The position numbers and the translations under genes were made by a program. Shown here piece by piece: positions 37,937 through 50,861 of a DNA stretch of 64,000 bases; position 1 is the stretch's first letter; the number at the start of each line of letters is the position of its first letter. Under the pieces are notes generated by a model. The model was given only the letters and a program-made list of their open reading frames with translations, ran no database searches and was not told the origin of the DNA. Where the stretch lies: NCBI GenBank assembly GCA_025603075.1, contig MU626292.1:1-64000 (forward strand), in the 5' to 3' direction. This DNA comes from Neoconidiobolus thromboides FSU 785. Taxonomy: Eukaryota > Fungi > Entomophthoromycota.

Positions 37937-39363
37937 GCAAAGAGTTATTATATAATAAATCATTTAATTTCTAAATTTTTATATAGTCTATAAATGAGTG
38001 AATTTTATTAAATTGTGTTGAATATATGAAAACAAAATAATAGTGTCAAATATTCTAAAAATAAGGTTGGCTTTTGATATCTTATTAAATTTTATGTCGT
38101 ACATATTAATTAATTATTTTGTTTCATAATTGTACTTTATCTTTAGATGTAAATAATAATTAGATATCCCCTATGTTAACAAATAATCAAGTGTAAATAA
38201 GTTTATGTTAATATATTTTTGTTTTACCATTTTGTTCATTTTTTATGCAGTATATTTTTAAAAAACATAATCGTCAAATACTTACATTGCAAACAATAGT
38301 TCCTTAACTATAGAAAGCAAACCTACGTAATTTTCATAATTACAGATCCTTAAATTCAATCATAAAAAATACAATTGAAATTACAAATCATAACTAAGCT
38401 ATAAGGTTGAATTTTAAAAAGAAATCGAAGTTATTATAAACAGCTGAAAAAATTTAGCAAATAGACATTATTATCACCCTCATTATTAATACATTGAAGT
38501 GAAATTTTAAAAATAGCTTTAAAATTATCAATCACATACTTAAAATAACTCACCTAATGCTATGTTAGACTGATAAGCTTTACTTTTAAATATTAGTTCA
38601 ATATATTTTATTTCTCGGGTTATTTCCAATGTTTGTATGTAATTTCATTATATAAAATAACGTCCTTGTATTGAATGTTATCTTATATAGCTTAAAGTTT
38701 CCAAAATCAGGACTTTTGTTTTGTTTTTTTTGAATAAAACGGTGAGTTTATGTGAAACTTTGACTAATAGGTAGGTTACAAAAAACCATACTGATAATGT
38801 TTTTTTACTAAATCTATAAATAAAATACATGGTTTTAATAAAAGTTTAAAATTAAACGTTATAAGCATCTGATAAATTAATTTAAAATATACTAATAATA
38901 GAAAGTTAATATAATGAATATCGGTATTCCTTATAAATCAAAAATGAAAAGTATTTTATAAATAATATTTCAGCGTTTTTATAAAAGAAGTTTACCTTAG
39001 ATTTACAATAATTGAGAACTTGTAATTACTAAACGGTTAACTTTAAAAATAGCAGTAAAAAATATTCAAAAATGATAACATTTTATAATATCCCTTAAAT
39101 AGATATTATCGTGACTAGCTTTATTTCTAGATTTCAATACAAAAGTTCTAAAAATAAAATTCTTATTATCCTAACATTTATTTTTAGTTAAAAAATTGCT
39201 TACATGTCATAAATATATAATTTATCATACTTATTTTCCCGGCTTATGGCTTGTCACCATGATTTGAAAGTTCTCGTATGTTATGTAATATTAATGTGTA
39301 AAGTTTGCAAAATACTATATAAACCTATCTAAATAGATTAATATTAAAACAAATTATTTCAAA

Positions 39364-40800
39364 ATGAAAATTATAAACGTAGTTACTTTATTGACTATTT
39401 TAGACATAACCTATTCCTTGTCTTTGGAAAACCTTCAACCAAGGGCTTACTTAGGAGTAAACAATGTGTCTCATTTAAAGAGAAGAGGATATGGCCCCAT
39501 TGCCGCTGCATGTAATTTCCAATCAAGATTAACAGCAGCCACTACTGAACCTGGATTTGATGCCATTATGAATGATTGTAATAATGCTTACACTACTCTT
39601 TTGGTCAAAGATCCATCCCAACAAAATGCTATTGCTCTCCAAAATGAAATTGTATATATCAAAGAGCAGTTTAGTGTGTATAAGAATAATTACTTTTTGA
39701 CCCATCCTACAAGTCCCTCCTCTAGCTCAACTCCCAGCTCTTCTTCAACTGCTACATCTTCTTCAAGCACTTCAACATCAACTTCTGCACCTGGGAGCTC
39801 AACAACTGCAAGCTCCACAACAACCTCTAGCAGCAATCCGAATCCAACCGAATTTCCACCAGGCCAAACCATATTCCAACGCTGTGATTTAGAAAACAAG
39901 ATCAAAAATGCTCAGAAAAGAGATGAATTAAATACCATCTACAGCTCATGTGGTTTAGCTTACAATCAATTATTAAACCATGACCCCAGTAAAGTTAATG
40001 AGCTGAATACAGAATGGCTTAAGGTTCAGGAAAGAATCAAGAGAGCTTATGAAGAATTCAAGGATCCTACTACTACCAATCCTCCTGTTACTAGTACTAC
40101 TACCGGTACTACTACTGTCACCACTACAACTAACACAACTACCCCTCCTGTTACTACTACCACTACTACCACTACATCTTCTGGCCCCACCCCTACTGGG
40201 GTTCCAAGCGGTCAAACCATTACTCAACGCTGCGATCTTGAAAGCAATATCAATAAAGTATCTAAGATGGAGCAATTTGACCTGCTTGTTAACTTATGTA
40301 GCAAATCATATAGTGATATCTTAACTGCTTATCCAAGTAGAATCAACGATTTGAACAGTGAATGGCAAACTGTTGTAAATAGGATCCAAGCTGCTAAGAT
40401 TCAATTTGCTGCTGGAAATAAACCAACTTCTAGTACTGCTACTGCTACAACTACCCCACCTGTAACTACAACTACTGCTACTGCTACTACCGGCTCTACT
40501 ACCACTACCACTACTCCAAGCACTACTGTCACTACCACTACTACATCCTCTGGCCCTACTCCTACTGGAGTTCCAAGTGGGCAAACTGTCACCCAACGTT
40601 GTGACCTTGAGAATAATATCAGCAAGGTAAAGAAAATGGTTGAATTTGATACCATCGTTAACTTATGTAGTAAGGCTTACAGTGATATCTTAACTGCTTA
40701 TCCAGGTAGAATCAATGATTTGAACAGTGAATGGCAAACTGTTGTAAATAGGATCCAAGCTGCTAAGATCGCCTTTGGTACTAAAAATCCAGGTAGCTAA
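39364..40800 (+). CDS. Secreted Thr/Ser-rich protein with four repeats of an unrecognised ~60 aa Cys-containing domain, intronless
   Basis: Signal peptide, Kex2-like KRR at aa 40-42, four C-x21-C modules separated by Thr/Ser/Pro linkers. Confidence 0.9.
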   Translation: MKIINVVTLLTILDITYSLSLENLQPRAYLGVNNVSHLKRRGYGPIAAACNFQSRLTAATTEPGFDAIMNDCNNAYTTLLVKDPSQQNAIALQNEIVYIKEQFSVYKNNYFLTHPTSPSSSSTPSSSSTATSSSSTSTSTSAPGSSTTASSTTTSSSNPNPTEFPPGQTIFQRCDLENKIKNAQKRDELNTIYSSCGLAYNQLLNHDPSKVNELNTEWLKVQERIKRAYEEFKDPTTTNPPVTSTTTGTTTVTTTTNTTTPPVTTTTTTTTSSGPTPTGVPSGQTITQRCDLESNINKVSKMEQFDLLVNLCSKSYSDILTAYPSRINDLNSEWQTVVNRIQAAKIQFAAGNKPTSSTATATTTPPVTTTTATATTGSTTTTTTPSTTVTTTTTSSGPTPTGVPSGQTVTQRCDLENNISKVKKMVEFDTIVNLCSKAYSDILTAYPGRINDLNSEWQTVVNRIQAAKIAFGTKNPGS

Positions 40801-41254
40801 AGGATTAATGTGAAATTGTGATTAATATTATTAGCATTTATTAATAATATTAGTTTTTTTGATGTATAGTATTTTATTCAATTATGTTCATATTATTTAG
40901 TAAATAAATACGAATTTACAGAAAACGTTTTAATCAAACAATTTAATTTACTAATTTGATATATCTTCACAACTTAATACAATCAATTAAAATGAAAGCC
41001 AATAATACTAGTATTCATTAGTAATGCTAGGGCTATTTTTTGTATTATTTTATCCAAGTCTGATTATTTTACATGTAGTAAATATATTAAATGCTAAGAA
41101 AACTATTGCCTCAAATCAATTATTAATAAATTTGATTTTTATACAAAAATAACACCTTAATAATAACACAAATAATTCTTTAATTAAAACTCTAAAGTTT
41201 ACTTAAAAAGCCTAAACTACGATAAATCAACTTAACTTTAATAGTATATTTAAT

Positions 41255-42696
41255 TTAATGGTTACTTTGGAAACCTAATTTAGATAAGGAGCTATTCAAA
41301 ACCTCAAAAACTTTATCTACATGTCCACGAGAGGCATCTAGAGCACTTAGTCCCATATGTCTATTTCATTGTTATTATTAATTTTAGAAAATAAAAGTAA
41401 GCCTTACCCAATACGGAAATACTTAGTAGAAATAGCAGGGTGTAAACCGCCAGCTAATACTACACCATCAGATGAGATTGCTTTGAGCAATTCTTGACCT
41501 TGAATACCCTCTGGATAATAAATGGTGGTCATTGTATTCGCTGCACAATCTTCGCTTTGGGTGACCTTTAAACTGTGTTAATACCTGAACATTATTAGCA
41601 TGAATAAAACCTACGGTTTTTAACCCTAAAGCTTTAATTTTGCTACGAAACTCTTTAGCTACCTTGCGGTGAGTTTCAAATACCTTTTCCATACCATGAC
41701 TCAATATTTGAGTTAAGGACACATTGAGAGCATTAATCAATTGTACTGCTGGAGTACCAAAATAGCTGGGCTTACGTGCTTCATAAGCATTCATAACTTC
41801 ACAAATTAAATAAATTAAAGTACACAAAAAAGCTAATAAAAATTACTTGGAATCCAACTCTTTAAATTACAATAATAATTTGGTACTGGGGTTTTACGAG
41901 ATTCAAATCTTTTCTATAAAATATTAACAAAACTAGAAAAACAATCAAATTTGAACTTACAATTCCTTTTTTTGAAATCATGAAGATACATAAACCTGGT
42001 GGGACACCAATTGCTTTTTGTGATGCGGTATGAATTACATCGATACCCCATTCATCAAACCTTAATTCTTCAGCTGCTGCAGAACAAACACCATCAACAA
42101 CAATTAAGGCTTCTGGCAAGATAGAGCGTACTAAACTAGAAATCTCTTTTACATCTGATAACACACCAGTAGAAGTATCTACTTGAGTAATGGTGACCAT
42201 TTTGTAGTCTTGTTTTTTCAACTCATTTTCAATGTCACTAAGCTGATGCTTATCGCCTAATTTTGAGCTTAGTTTAGTAGCTTTGGCACCATAAGTTTCT
42301 AAACTAAATTTATAATTAATTAATTTTAAACTTATTCATAGCTTTTTACCATTCTGCAAATCTATCACCAAAAACTCCGGTGGATAAAACTAATACTCTA
42401 TCATCTTTTTCTAGTAAGTTACTTGCAACTGTATCCCAGCCTAAAACTCCAGATCCTGATAAGATAAATGGCTGAGCATCAGAGCTTAAGAATACCTTTC
42501 TCAACTTTTCTAAAGAATCCCCAAAGATTTCAATAAAATCTGGAGCTACATGAGAAGTTGATTTCACACTCATGGCACTCAATACGTCTTCATGGAACTC
42601 AATAGGCCCTATAGATTGTTTTATTCACTTATAATATTTAATAACTTGAATTCAATTACCTGGAATCATACATAATTTGTGTTGTTGGCTGTTCAT
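41255..42696 (-). CDS. AGX1: Alanine-glyoxylate / serine-pyruvate aminotransferase (class V PLP), multi-exon
   Basis: LCMIP|GPIEFHEDVLSAM, GSGVLGWD, STGVFGDRF, TQVDTSTGV, VDGVCS, TASQKAIGVPPG (PLP lysine), YFGTPAVQL, AGGLH..KYFRIG|HMG. Confidence 0.92.
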
Positions 42697-43423
42697 TTTT
42701 TTTATTTCTTATAAAATAATGTTAAGATTAACAGTTTTTATTAGTTTACTTTTGATACGTCATTTCAAGTGTTATTAAACCCGAGTTATTATAAAAAATA
42801 GACACTTTCAATGTGATTATCAGTAGTTGGCCAATCAGTTTCATTTTGTATATGGCATTTCATTTTCATACTTTTACTTTTATTCTTCACTGAAAATTCA
42901 TTCTAAAACAACTTTTTAAAGTAAATCTATTTAGAACTTTGACATATTTTTATAAAATTATAAATGGATGATTTTATAAATAAAGATAATGTAACTTTTG
43001 TAGGCTATAGTTGAAGCTCTATAATAGCTGAATAACTCTAATGTGTTATTAGTCGTCAAAAATGATCCTTTAGATGTTAACAATAGCAATAAACTTCAAT
43101 ATATAGAAAGAAGGAAGTTCTATGGCGGGTTTTAGATAACTATAGCTACAATATAAAAAAATATAAAGTTTAGCACTTGCTTACAAAATATTCAACTTTA
43201 ATCTATTGACATTGTACTTATATTTGTTATTAATAGTAATAGATAAAAATCCTTTCTATTAAATGAACTAATATCCGTGAAATAAAAATTATAGCAATTA
43301 ACGATAATCACCAATAAAATTATCCTATCACCTTTTTTTATAACTTCAATTTTATTAGAGTTGTGATATGTCATTTTTTCCTTACCATTGTTATCATTAT
43401 TTTATCATTATTGTTTTACTATT

Positions 43424-43518
43424 GGGGATGTATTTTCTTAAGAACTTTACTAACAATTTTTCCGCTCAAATAGTGCTTGAAAAATGGAGAAAGTAATGAA
43501 ACCAAAAAAAACATCCCC
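43424..43518 (-). mobile_element. MITE family copy
   Basis: GGGGATGTATTTT...AAAAAAACATCCCC with intact TIRs; flanks mismatched. Confidence 0.85.
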
Positions 43519-44013
43519 ATCATTAAAATTGGGTTTTTTAGTAATTGCTTTTATTAATTTCAATATATAACATAATTTTTAGCTTTAAAAGCAATTAGTA
43601 TTCAATAACCAAAATTTATATAAACAATTTAAAGATTATGCATAACATTAGATAAAATCATGGTTTTTTTTGTACAAAGTCTCTAATAAACATGGTCTGA
43701 AACTTATAGTTTAAAAATTAAATCAATCTGGGATATTATTATATTATCTTTTTGAAAATTTACTACCTTTAAAGCTTTATACTTATTATTTGTGAAACGG
43801 TGATTTCATCTTACTTAATTAGTATATACTACTTATTACCTTTATATATAATCCTTTTCGATTATAATTTAATCTATCATCCATTTAATGTGTAAATAGT
43901 TTTAAGCTGCTTAAAAATTAAATAAATGTAGAATAAGACTTATCATACATAACAAAAATAATTCAAAGTCCATAATAAAACCATCCTATTTAATAATAAA
44001 ATTAACTTGTATT

Positions 44014-45156
44014 TTAAACTAAACCGCAGATGGTAAGATCCCTCATTTGCAAAAGAATATCCTCAATATCGGCATCTAATTGATTGGGTGCTTTATTAGC
44101 CCCAGGTAAAAATGCATGAATGTTATCAAAAGTCTCTGAAGCTTGGGCAGCATATTGTAACTGAGATTTAACCAAAGCTTCAAATGAGGGATCTAACAAG
44201 TCCAATCTAGAATCCACTAAACGAGGTATTTCAGTGATTAATTGATTATTAATGGCCTCATAAACTTCCTGTGCTTCCTTAGCGGCCATTTCTGCCTATT
44301 TTTTTAATAGATAATAGAATTTTAATTTTATCGTTTGATTCTATAAATTTAAGTTTACCTTTGAAACCTTGATCGGATCTTCACTGGGTTTTTGCAATAA
44401 TTTGTGAGCTTTCGTACGAGCAGCATCAAAATCCAATAATTTGTTTTGTCTTCTTTTAATTGTATCATTAATCATTGGAAAGTGAGCTATCATTCTTCCT
44501 AATGGATCTAAGTTTGTGCTTTTTACATTTGTCTCCTATTTGAAAAAAATTAAGTTATTGATTTTGATTAGTTTTTTGGTAATTACTAATTCTGCTAACG
44601 CCTCATTCTCTAAATTTTGTATCACTTGATTATACTTCTCTGCACTTTGTTGTTGCTGTGGTTGATCTACCATTGCAATACTGATTAACTCCGCTATACG
44701 ACGTTGTGAGTTTGTTAATGCTATTAACTTGTTAACCATTTTGAATATTTAATTGAGTTTTTGGATTACCAGTAATTGAATCAAGATAGCCTCTAGTTTC
44801 AGTATGTAACTTATCTAAGTTGGATTCCAAACTATAAATTATAATTATTTCATTTCATTTTCATTTTTTCTCTAATTGCTAGCTACCTTTTAAACCTCCT
44901 TTTTTCTTCTTCAAACTCTTCATCAACCTAATTTTCATTTAGTATCCCATTTATCTACTTCGTTATCTATGACATTACCGTTTTTTCAACCGCTCCAGCT
45001 TTTTGCATTAACTAAGTTTCCAATTAGTATCCTTTTTTACATATTTATTAATTTACTTACAGTGGTACCAGCACGATTGATGCTTTTTACGAAACCTGAC
45101 CTAGTCAAATATTAGTTATATACATATTGTCATATTTACTTATTTTACCAACTCAT
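44014..45156 (-). CDS. RVS161: BAR-domain amphiphysin without SH3, multi-exon
   Basis: MSW|SGFVKSINRAGTT, IKRRQNKLLDFDAARTK, YEAINNQLITEIPRLVDSRLDLLDPSFEALVKSQL; ends LTICGLV*. Confidence 0.88.
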
Positions 45157-45698
45157 TTTAAATTATTATAAAAAGACTAAAAAAAACAATAAATGCTAAG
45201 TTTATAATTAGAACTATTTTTAGTCCCTATTAACGACTAAGTCAAAATTATCGAAATTAATTGGTGAAGATTGTTTCCTTAACTTTTCAAATTTAATTGG
45301 GAAAATTTGTATTTATTTTTACTTCATTTATCAAAAAATTGAGTTTTTTTACAAACCTTGAAAGTACAAAGCATCTTGTTTATTTGTAGTTAGTAACGAA
45401 GTTAATAGTATAATGAAGAATCCATTGTAGCAATTCGGGGCACAACCTTAGTAGCTAAGTATAAAAGCAACAGTTTGTGAAATTTTATCTAAATAACAAA
45501 ACAGGATTTTAAAAAAACCAAGCCTACGCTTTAAGAAACAATACAGCTATTACAGCTCTATTCCAACCTAACTATTCCATTCAATAGTAAACATAGTAAA
45601 TCAAATCAAAGAATCAAATTTTAAAAATTAGTCAAAAAAAATAATCAGTTTTAAAAATTACCTCAAATCAGATTATAAGTCACAATAGTCATGTAAAT

Positions 45699-45794
45699 GG
45701 GAATGTATTTTTGTTTAAGAATTTCACTAATAGTCTTTTCAGTTGAATAGTGCTTAAAAAATAGAAAAAGTGATGAAACCAAAAAAACATCTCT
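45699..45794 (-). mobile_element. MITE family copy
   Basis: AAAT|GGGAATGTATTTTTGTTTAAGAAT...GAAACCAAAAAAACATCTCT|AACT. Confidence 0.78.
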
Positions 45795-46054
45795 AACTGT
45801 TATATTTAAAATTTACATAATAAACTAATAAAGTTTGCAAAGCATGTAAAATTACATTATTTAAGTTAAAAATTTTATAAAATATAATGTAAAATATAAT
45901 ATCAAATACATGTTATGATAGTTTTTACAAATACCTTCATTTTGTTTTATTTTATTATCTTACACCAATAAAATAAATTTATATAAAAATATATTAATTT
46001 ATTAGATAATTATTTCAACTTTACTTTTTTAGCTCAATAATTAAAAAAACATAT

Positions 46055-46150
46055 GGGGATGTATTTTTTATTTAAGGATTTTACTAGCAATCTTTTCACT
46101 CAGATAGCGCTTAAAAATAGAAAAGCAATGAAACCAGAAAAAACACCTCC
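46055..46150 (-). mobile_element. MITE family copy
   Basis: ATAT|GGGGATGTATTTTT...AAAAAACACCTCC|ATAT. Confidence 0.87.
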
Positions 46151-46556
46151 ATATTTATATTATATTGCTAAATTAATATTTTAACTCTAAAAATTATATG
46201 TATGCTAAATTGATAATATTTAGCTGCTATATTGATGCTTGTTTCAGCTTAATAGCGCTATTTTTAAAAATCATATATATAAAAACCTACATTATTTAAA
46301 TTATCACTTATTACTAAAGGCTTGCTATATTAGTCTTAGTTTAGCAATATTTTTTTTGTTGTAGTGTAGTGCTATAATGAGAAACTTAGAAAAAGTAGGA
46401 AAGCCTGTATGTAAGAAACATTCTAATAAAGTTAAAGGCAAAGAATTATACTTGAAAAGGTATTTGACTAAAATCTTTATTAATAGCTTAACTAAGATAG
46501 ATAAAGAAGAGCACCAATTGAACTAAATAAACTATAGCAAGAGAAATTGCTATTTT

Positions 46557-46678
46557 GTTTATTTTTATTTTGTTTATTTTTATTTTGTTTATTTTTATTT
46601 TGTTTATTTTTATTTTGTTTATTTTTGTTTATTTTTATTTTGTTTATTTTTGTTTATTTTTATTTTGTTTTGTTTTTA
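46557..46678. repeat. Minisatellite of 15 bp GTTTATTTTTATTTT units interspersed with 9 bp GTTTATTTT(T) units
   Basis: Read directly; about 9 units. Confidence 0.85.
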
Positions 46679-46997
46679 AATAGTGTTTTATGTAAAGTAC
46701 AACTAATACCAAACTAAATACTTGCTTCTTGTCTCCAATTTAAAGTATAAAAAAGGTAGCGTCGTAGCTTTAAAATAATTAAATAATTTGTACTATAGTT
46801 TGAATAATCATGTCGTTAATAAGCATATATGTATACTAATAACTAGTTTACTTTGTAAATAATTGATACTTACTATTGCTATTATGTTCATGTTAGAAGA
46901 TTAAAACAAATCAAAAATGAAAATAAAAGCACTTTTTTTTATAGCTAATAAACATATTTTATTTAAATTTTATAGAGTTTAAAACATCAAATGCAGC

Positions 46998-48341
46998 TTA
47001 ATTATTTTCTGGTCTAAGAGATCTTACAGTTTTACCAGCTTTCCACATTTCATGTTCACGAATTTGATCCAATTCTTCTTCGAGTTTTTCACGATAATCC
47101 GATTGTGAATTTTTATCTAAAGATCTCCTAGTCTCATTGCCATTTTCGACTTCATTATATAATTCTTGAAATACTGGTTTCAATGCTTTATGAAATTTAG
47201 GATACCAATCTAAAGCTCCTCTTTGGGCAGTAGTAGAACAATTTCCAAACATCCAATCCATACCTTTAGCTCCAATAAGTGGGTAAAGTGATTGTGTAGC
47301 TTCTTCAACAGTTTCATTGAAAGCTTCGGATGGTGAATGACCCTTTTCTCTTAATACCTCATATTGAGCAAGGAAAGCTCCATAAATACCACCCATAAGG
47401 ATACCACGTTCACCAGTCAAGTCAGAATAAACTTCCTTCTTGAAATCAGTTTCATATAAATAACCACTACCAACGCCAACAGCTAAGGCTAAGGTACGCT
47501 CCTTTGCATTTCCGGAATGATCTTGCCAAACAGCAACGGAAGAATTAATACCTCGACCTTCTAAGAATAAATTACGTACAGTTAAGCCAGAACTAAATAT
47601 TGATATTAATATTTTAATAAAACTATAAATATAGATAAATTACCCTTTAGGTGCTACTAAAATAACATCAATATCTTTTGGTGGAATAACATTGGTATCC
47701 TCTTTATAAACAACGGAAAAGCCATGACTAAAGCATAAAGTCTTACCTTTAGTAAGATGTTTTTTCATTGTTGGCCATAAATCTTTTTGAGAAGCATCGG
47801 AAAGTAAATTTAAGATAACAGTGCCCTTTGAGCAAGCTTCTTCAATAGGGAACAAATTTTTACCTTCAACCTTAAATTAATATTAGACTATAATTCTGTT
47901 TTATAATTAATTGGTCTTACCCATCCATCTTCTACAGCTTTCTTCCAACTTCTACCATCTTTTCTTACACCAACAATCACATTCAATTGGTTATCTTTTA
48001 AATTTAAACCTTGGCCACGACCTTGTGGTCCATATCCGATAACTGCAATTGTATCATCTTTAAATATTTGCTTTAATTTTTCAGCTGGATAATCACTTCT
48101 TTCCCAAACATTTTCTTTTGATCCACCAAAATCTAAAGTTTTAAACCCACGTTTTACGTTCTATAATAAAATTGGTCATTAACATTTGATAAATTATATA
48201 AAAGCTACTTACCAAAGTGGAAGAAACGAGATAAGATGTAGATAATAAATTTTTTTTGGCCATAACATTAAGCCCATTGATTTTGCAATGAGATCCAAGG
48301 TTGGAGAAGGTACGTACATTATTTAAAAGGCTGCGTCTCAT
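46998..48341 (-). CDS. ILV5: Ketol-acid reductoisomerase, mitochondrial, multi-exon
   Basis: VKTLDFGG, VIGYGPQGRGQGLNLKD, NLLSDASQ, FSHGFS, ILVAPKG|SGLTVR, LTGERGILMG, FNETVEEATQSLYP, CSTTAQRGALDW. Confidence 0.95.
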
Positions 48342-50198
48342 TTTATATATATTCAACTATAAAGTTTAAATAATAAAGAGTTATATTATTTTTGATATAA
48401 AAAACATTTTCTCATCAACATTGAGTCCTTTATATACTATTTTTCTACTTGTTAACTTTGACTCATATGTCGTTTATGTCATCTTAGACATCCAATTCCA
48501 TTTCAATCCAATCAAATACATTTATTCGTATTTGTTTTATGCTCTTATTTTCAGGTATATCCATCAGCTGGATAACTTTTTTAATGACTCATTATCTTTA
48601 ATTTGAAATTAGCCAATCAAATTCAAGCTTTGATTATCTATTATATTTTTCAGCAGTCACTTTATTGATTTTATTCTTAATGTTTTTTTGATTAGATAAA
48701 ACTTATTATTTATCAGAAATCAATGGGTAACAATAGGTTGTTAGTTTATATTCTTTAAAATTATCTTCTTGATGTTTATGTGAGTCAACAAGTTTAATAA
48801 AACTCTTAAGTTTTATTTCATTTTAAATTACTATTTTGTGAGTGTTAAATGTGAATTTTTCAATAGTAAAAAATACAATCCCTCTTCAGCTTCAAACCAT
48901 ATTTTAACTTTCTTTTATAGGCAGTAAAACTTGAAACCCTCAATTTATTATTTCAAGGCTCTTTAAAAAATAATAAATGATATAATACTAAAAAAGCAGT
49001 ATGCTATTAAATACAGGGTTGTCCATTTGAATCTTGCATTTAGTTAAATATAAAATAGAAAAAAATGCTGAATTAAATTTAGTAAATAGAAAAGTTAAAC
49101 GTTCAGTTCGACATTTAATAAACTTTCTGTAATAGCTTGATTCTAGTTTTGTCTATCTATCATTATTTATGATCTAGTCAAAGTATCTTAAGATAATAGT
49201 AGAATCACTGATCTTAACAATACTATAGAAAAAGCATTTTAATAACTTATAATATTTTGACTATCAATTATTAATATTTCTATTGCCTAATATCAATAAA
49301 TGATAAGAATGATAAAAAATAGAAGAATAGAGATTAAGTTTTTTATCATATTCTTAAATTAATAATACAATATCAACATAAGTTGCAATTTACCCAACTA
49401 TTTAAACTCATTTGTAGAAATAAATTAGCCGAAGTAGATAATGTTTTACTTACATTCTCACATCGCAATTTTGGGCAAGAAGTCAAGAATCTCGATCTAT
49501 ATTGCCCAATTCTTAAGCCAATAATTCTTCACTTAAGCCACTGCTTTAGGCCAAATAGAATGTTTAAAAAAAAATGAACCAATTATAGTCTAAGTTGCAG
49601 ATATGTTTCTCCTCCAAAGTAACTGAACTTAAATAAAAAATGAAACCAAAAAATAATCGTATCAAATCATGTGAACTTCGAACTAAAATATCTAAAAATA
49701 TATTTTATTCTTCGAATTTTCTTTATTTTAATATTCTTTAACATAATCTCTATTATTTTAATATGATAATGTTAAAAGCTAAACTATATTTAGTATAATA
49801 AAGGACTATTTCTTTATTTTAAAACATTATTAGCTCGAAATATAAATCAAGGTCTATTAATAAATAAAATATAGATCATAAAACTAGAATGCAATTATGT
49901 TATTTCATTAGCCTGTTAACTATCAAATTAACTATTTTTGTAATCGATGAGAACCAATAATGTACATTTGAACTCTATTATGGTTAAGTAATTTGAACCA
50001 AAAAACAAGTTTCAATGTACTACCAATAAAACCCCCATCAGCTCATTAATCATTGGTTTTAATGTTAACAAAAATCAGGGATAAGTTCAGTAAATAATCA
50101 AAATTAGGGGGTTTCAAAAGCACATGTTCTAACGAGATCCATAAATTCAATAATAAAACAGAATTGAAAGCTTTGTTTTTGATTATAAAATTTAAGAA

Positions 50199-50861
50199 AT
50201 GAAGCAATGGAGCGAGCAAGTTGACGAACAATTATCTGGTAAAATAAGAATTAAGAATGGTCGTTTTAATGTATTAATTCATGTGTCATTACTATTGATT
50301 ATGAATTATTGCATGTTTAAATATGCTTTATTTAAAACGGAATATTTTTTATCTTCTAGTTATTTACTTGCTAATATCTTTTACTCTCTTTATTTTTTAT
50401 TTTTGATCTTCAATTTTAAATCTTTATTGATTTCTCTTATTATTTATATTCAACCTATCGTTAACGCAAGTATATTTCTCAAATTTTGGTCACATTTGTT
50501 ATTGAAACCCAGCTTATATCATTCCACATTAAGCGTTTATTTACCTATTTTATCTTGGTATATCTTCCAGTTGGTATATAGAAACATTAACTCCATTGTT
50601 ATCTGGGAAAAAAATAAGATAAGTAAATATTATACTTTTTATCAGTTATTATTTCCAATTGTATTTATACCGCTTCTTAAATTAAACACAATTATGTTAG
50701 TGTTTTCTGTTATTATGATACCATTGATTAATTTAGCATTGAAGCTGTGGTATAATTTTCTATCGTTTCAATATAAGGCTATTTTTTGGTCTGATTTTAT
50801 GAGCTTAGGATATGTGGTTATCTTGGAGGAAGCTAACTATAAGCTCTATAAAATTTATTAA
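50199..50861 (+). CDS. Hypothetical polytopic membrane protein, 220 aa
   Basis: Long uninterrupted ORF with about 5-6 hydrophobic segments. No family recognised; start uncertain. Confidence 0.5.
   Translation: MKQWSEQVDEQLSGKIRIKNGRFNVLIHVSLLLIMNYCMFKYALFKTEYFLSSSYLLANIFYSLYFLFLIFNFKSLLISLIIYIQPIVNASIFLKFWSHLLLKPSLYHSTLSVYLPILSWYIFQLVYRNINSIVIWEKNKISKYYTFYQLLFPIVFIPLLKLNTIMLVFSVIMIPLINLALKLWYNFLSFQYKAIFWSDFMSLGYVVILEEANYKLYKIY

Noticed and set aside
45028-45037. GTATCCTTTT, a perfect U12 donor-like string
   Set aside because: It lies on the strand opposite RVS161 and is simply the reverse complement of that intron's branch-point region.
46557-46678. Regularly spaced repeats considered as a CRISPR-like array
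   Set aside because: This is a low-complexity T-rich minisatellite without unique spacers, in a eukaryotic context with no cas genes.
49383-49577. 64 aa ORF in a slightly GC-richer patch
   Set aside because: No recognisable motif on either strand; too short to support.
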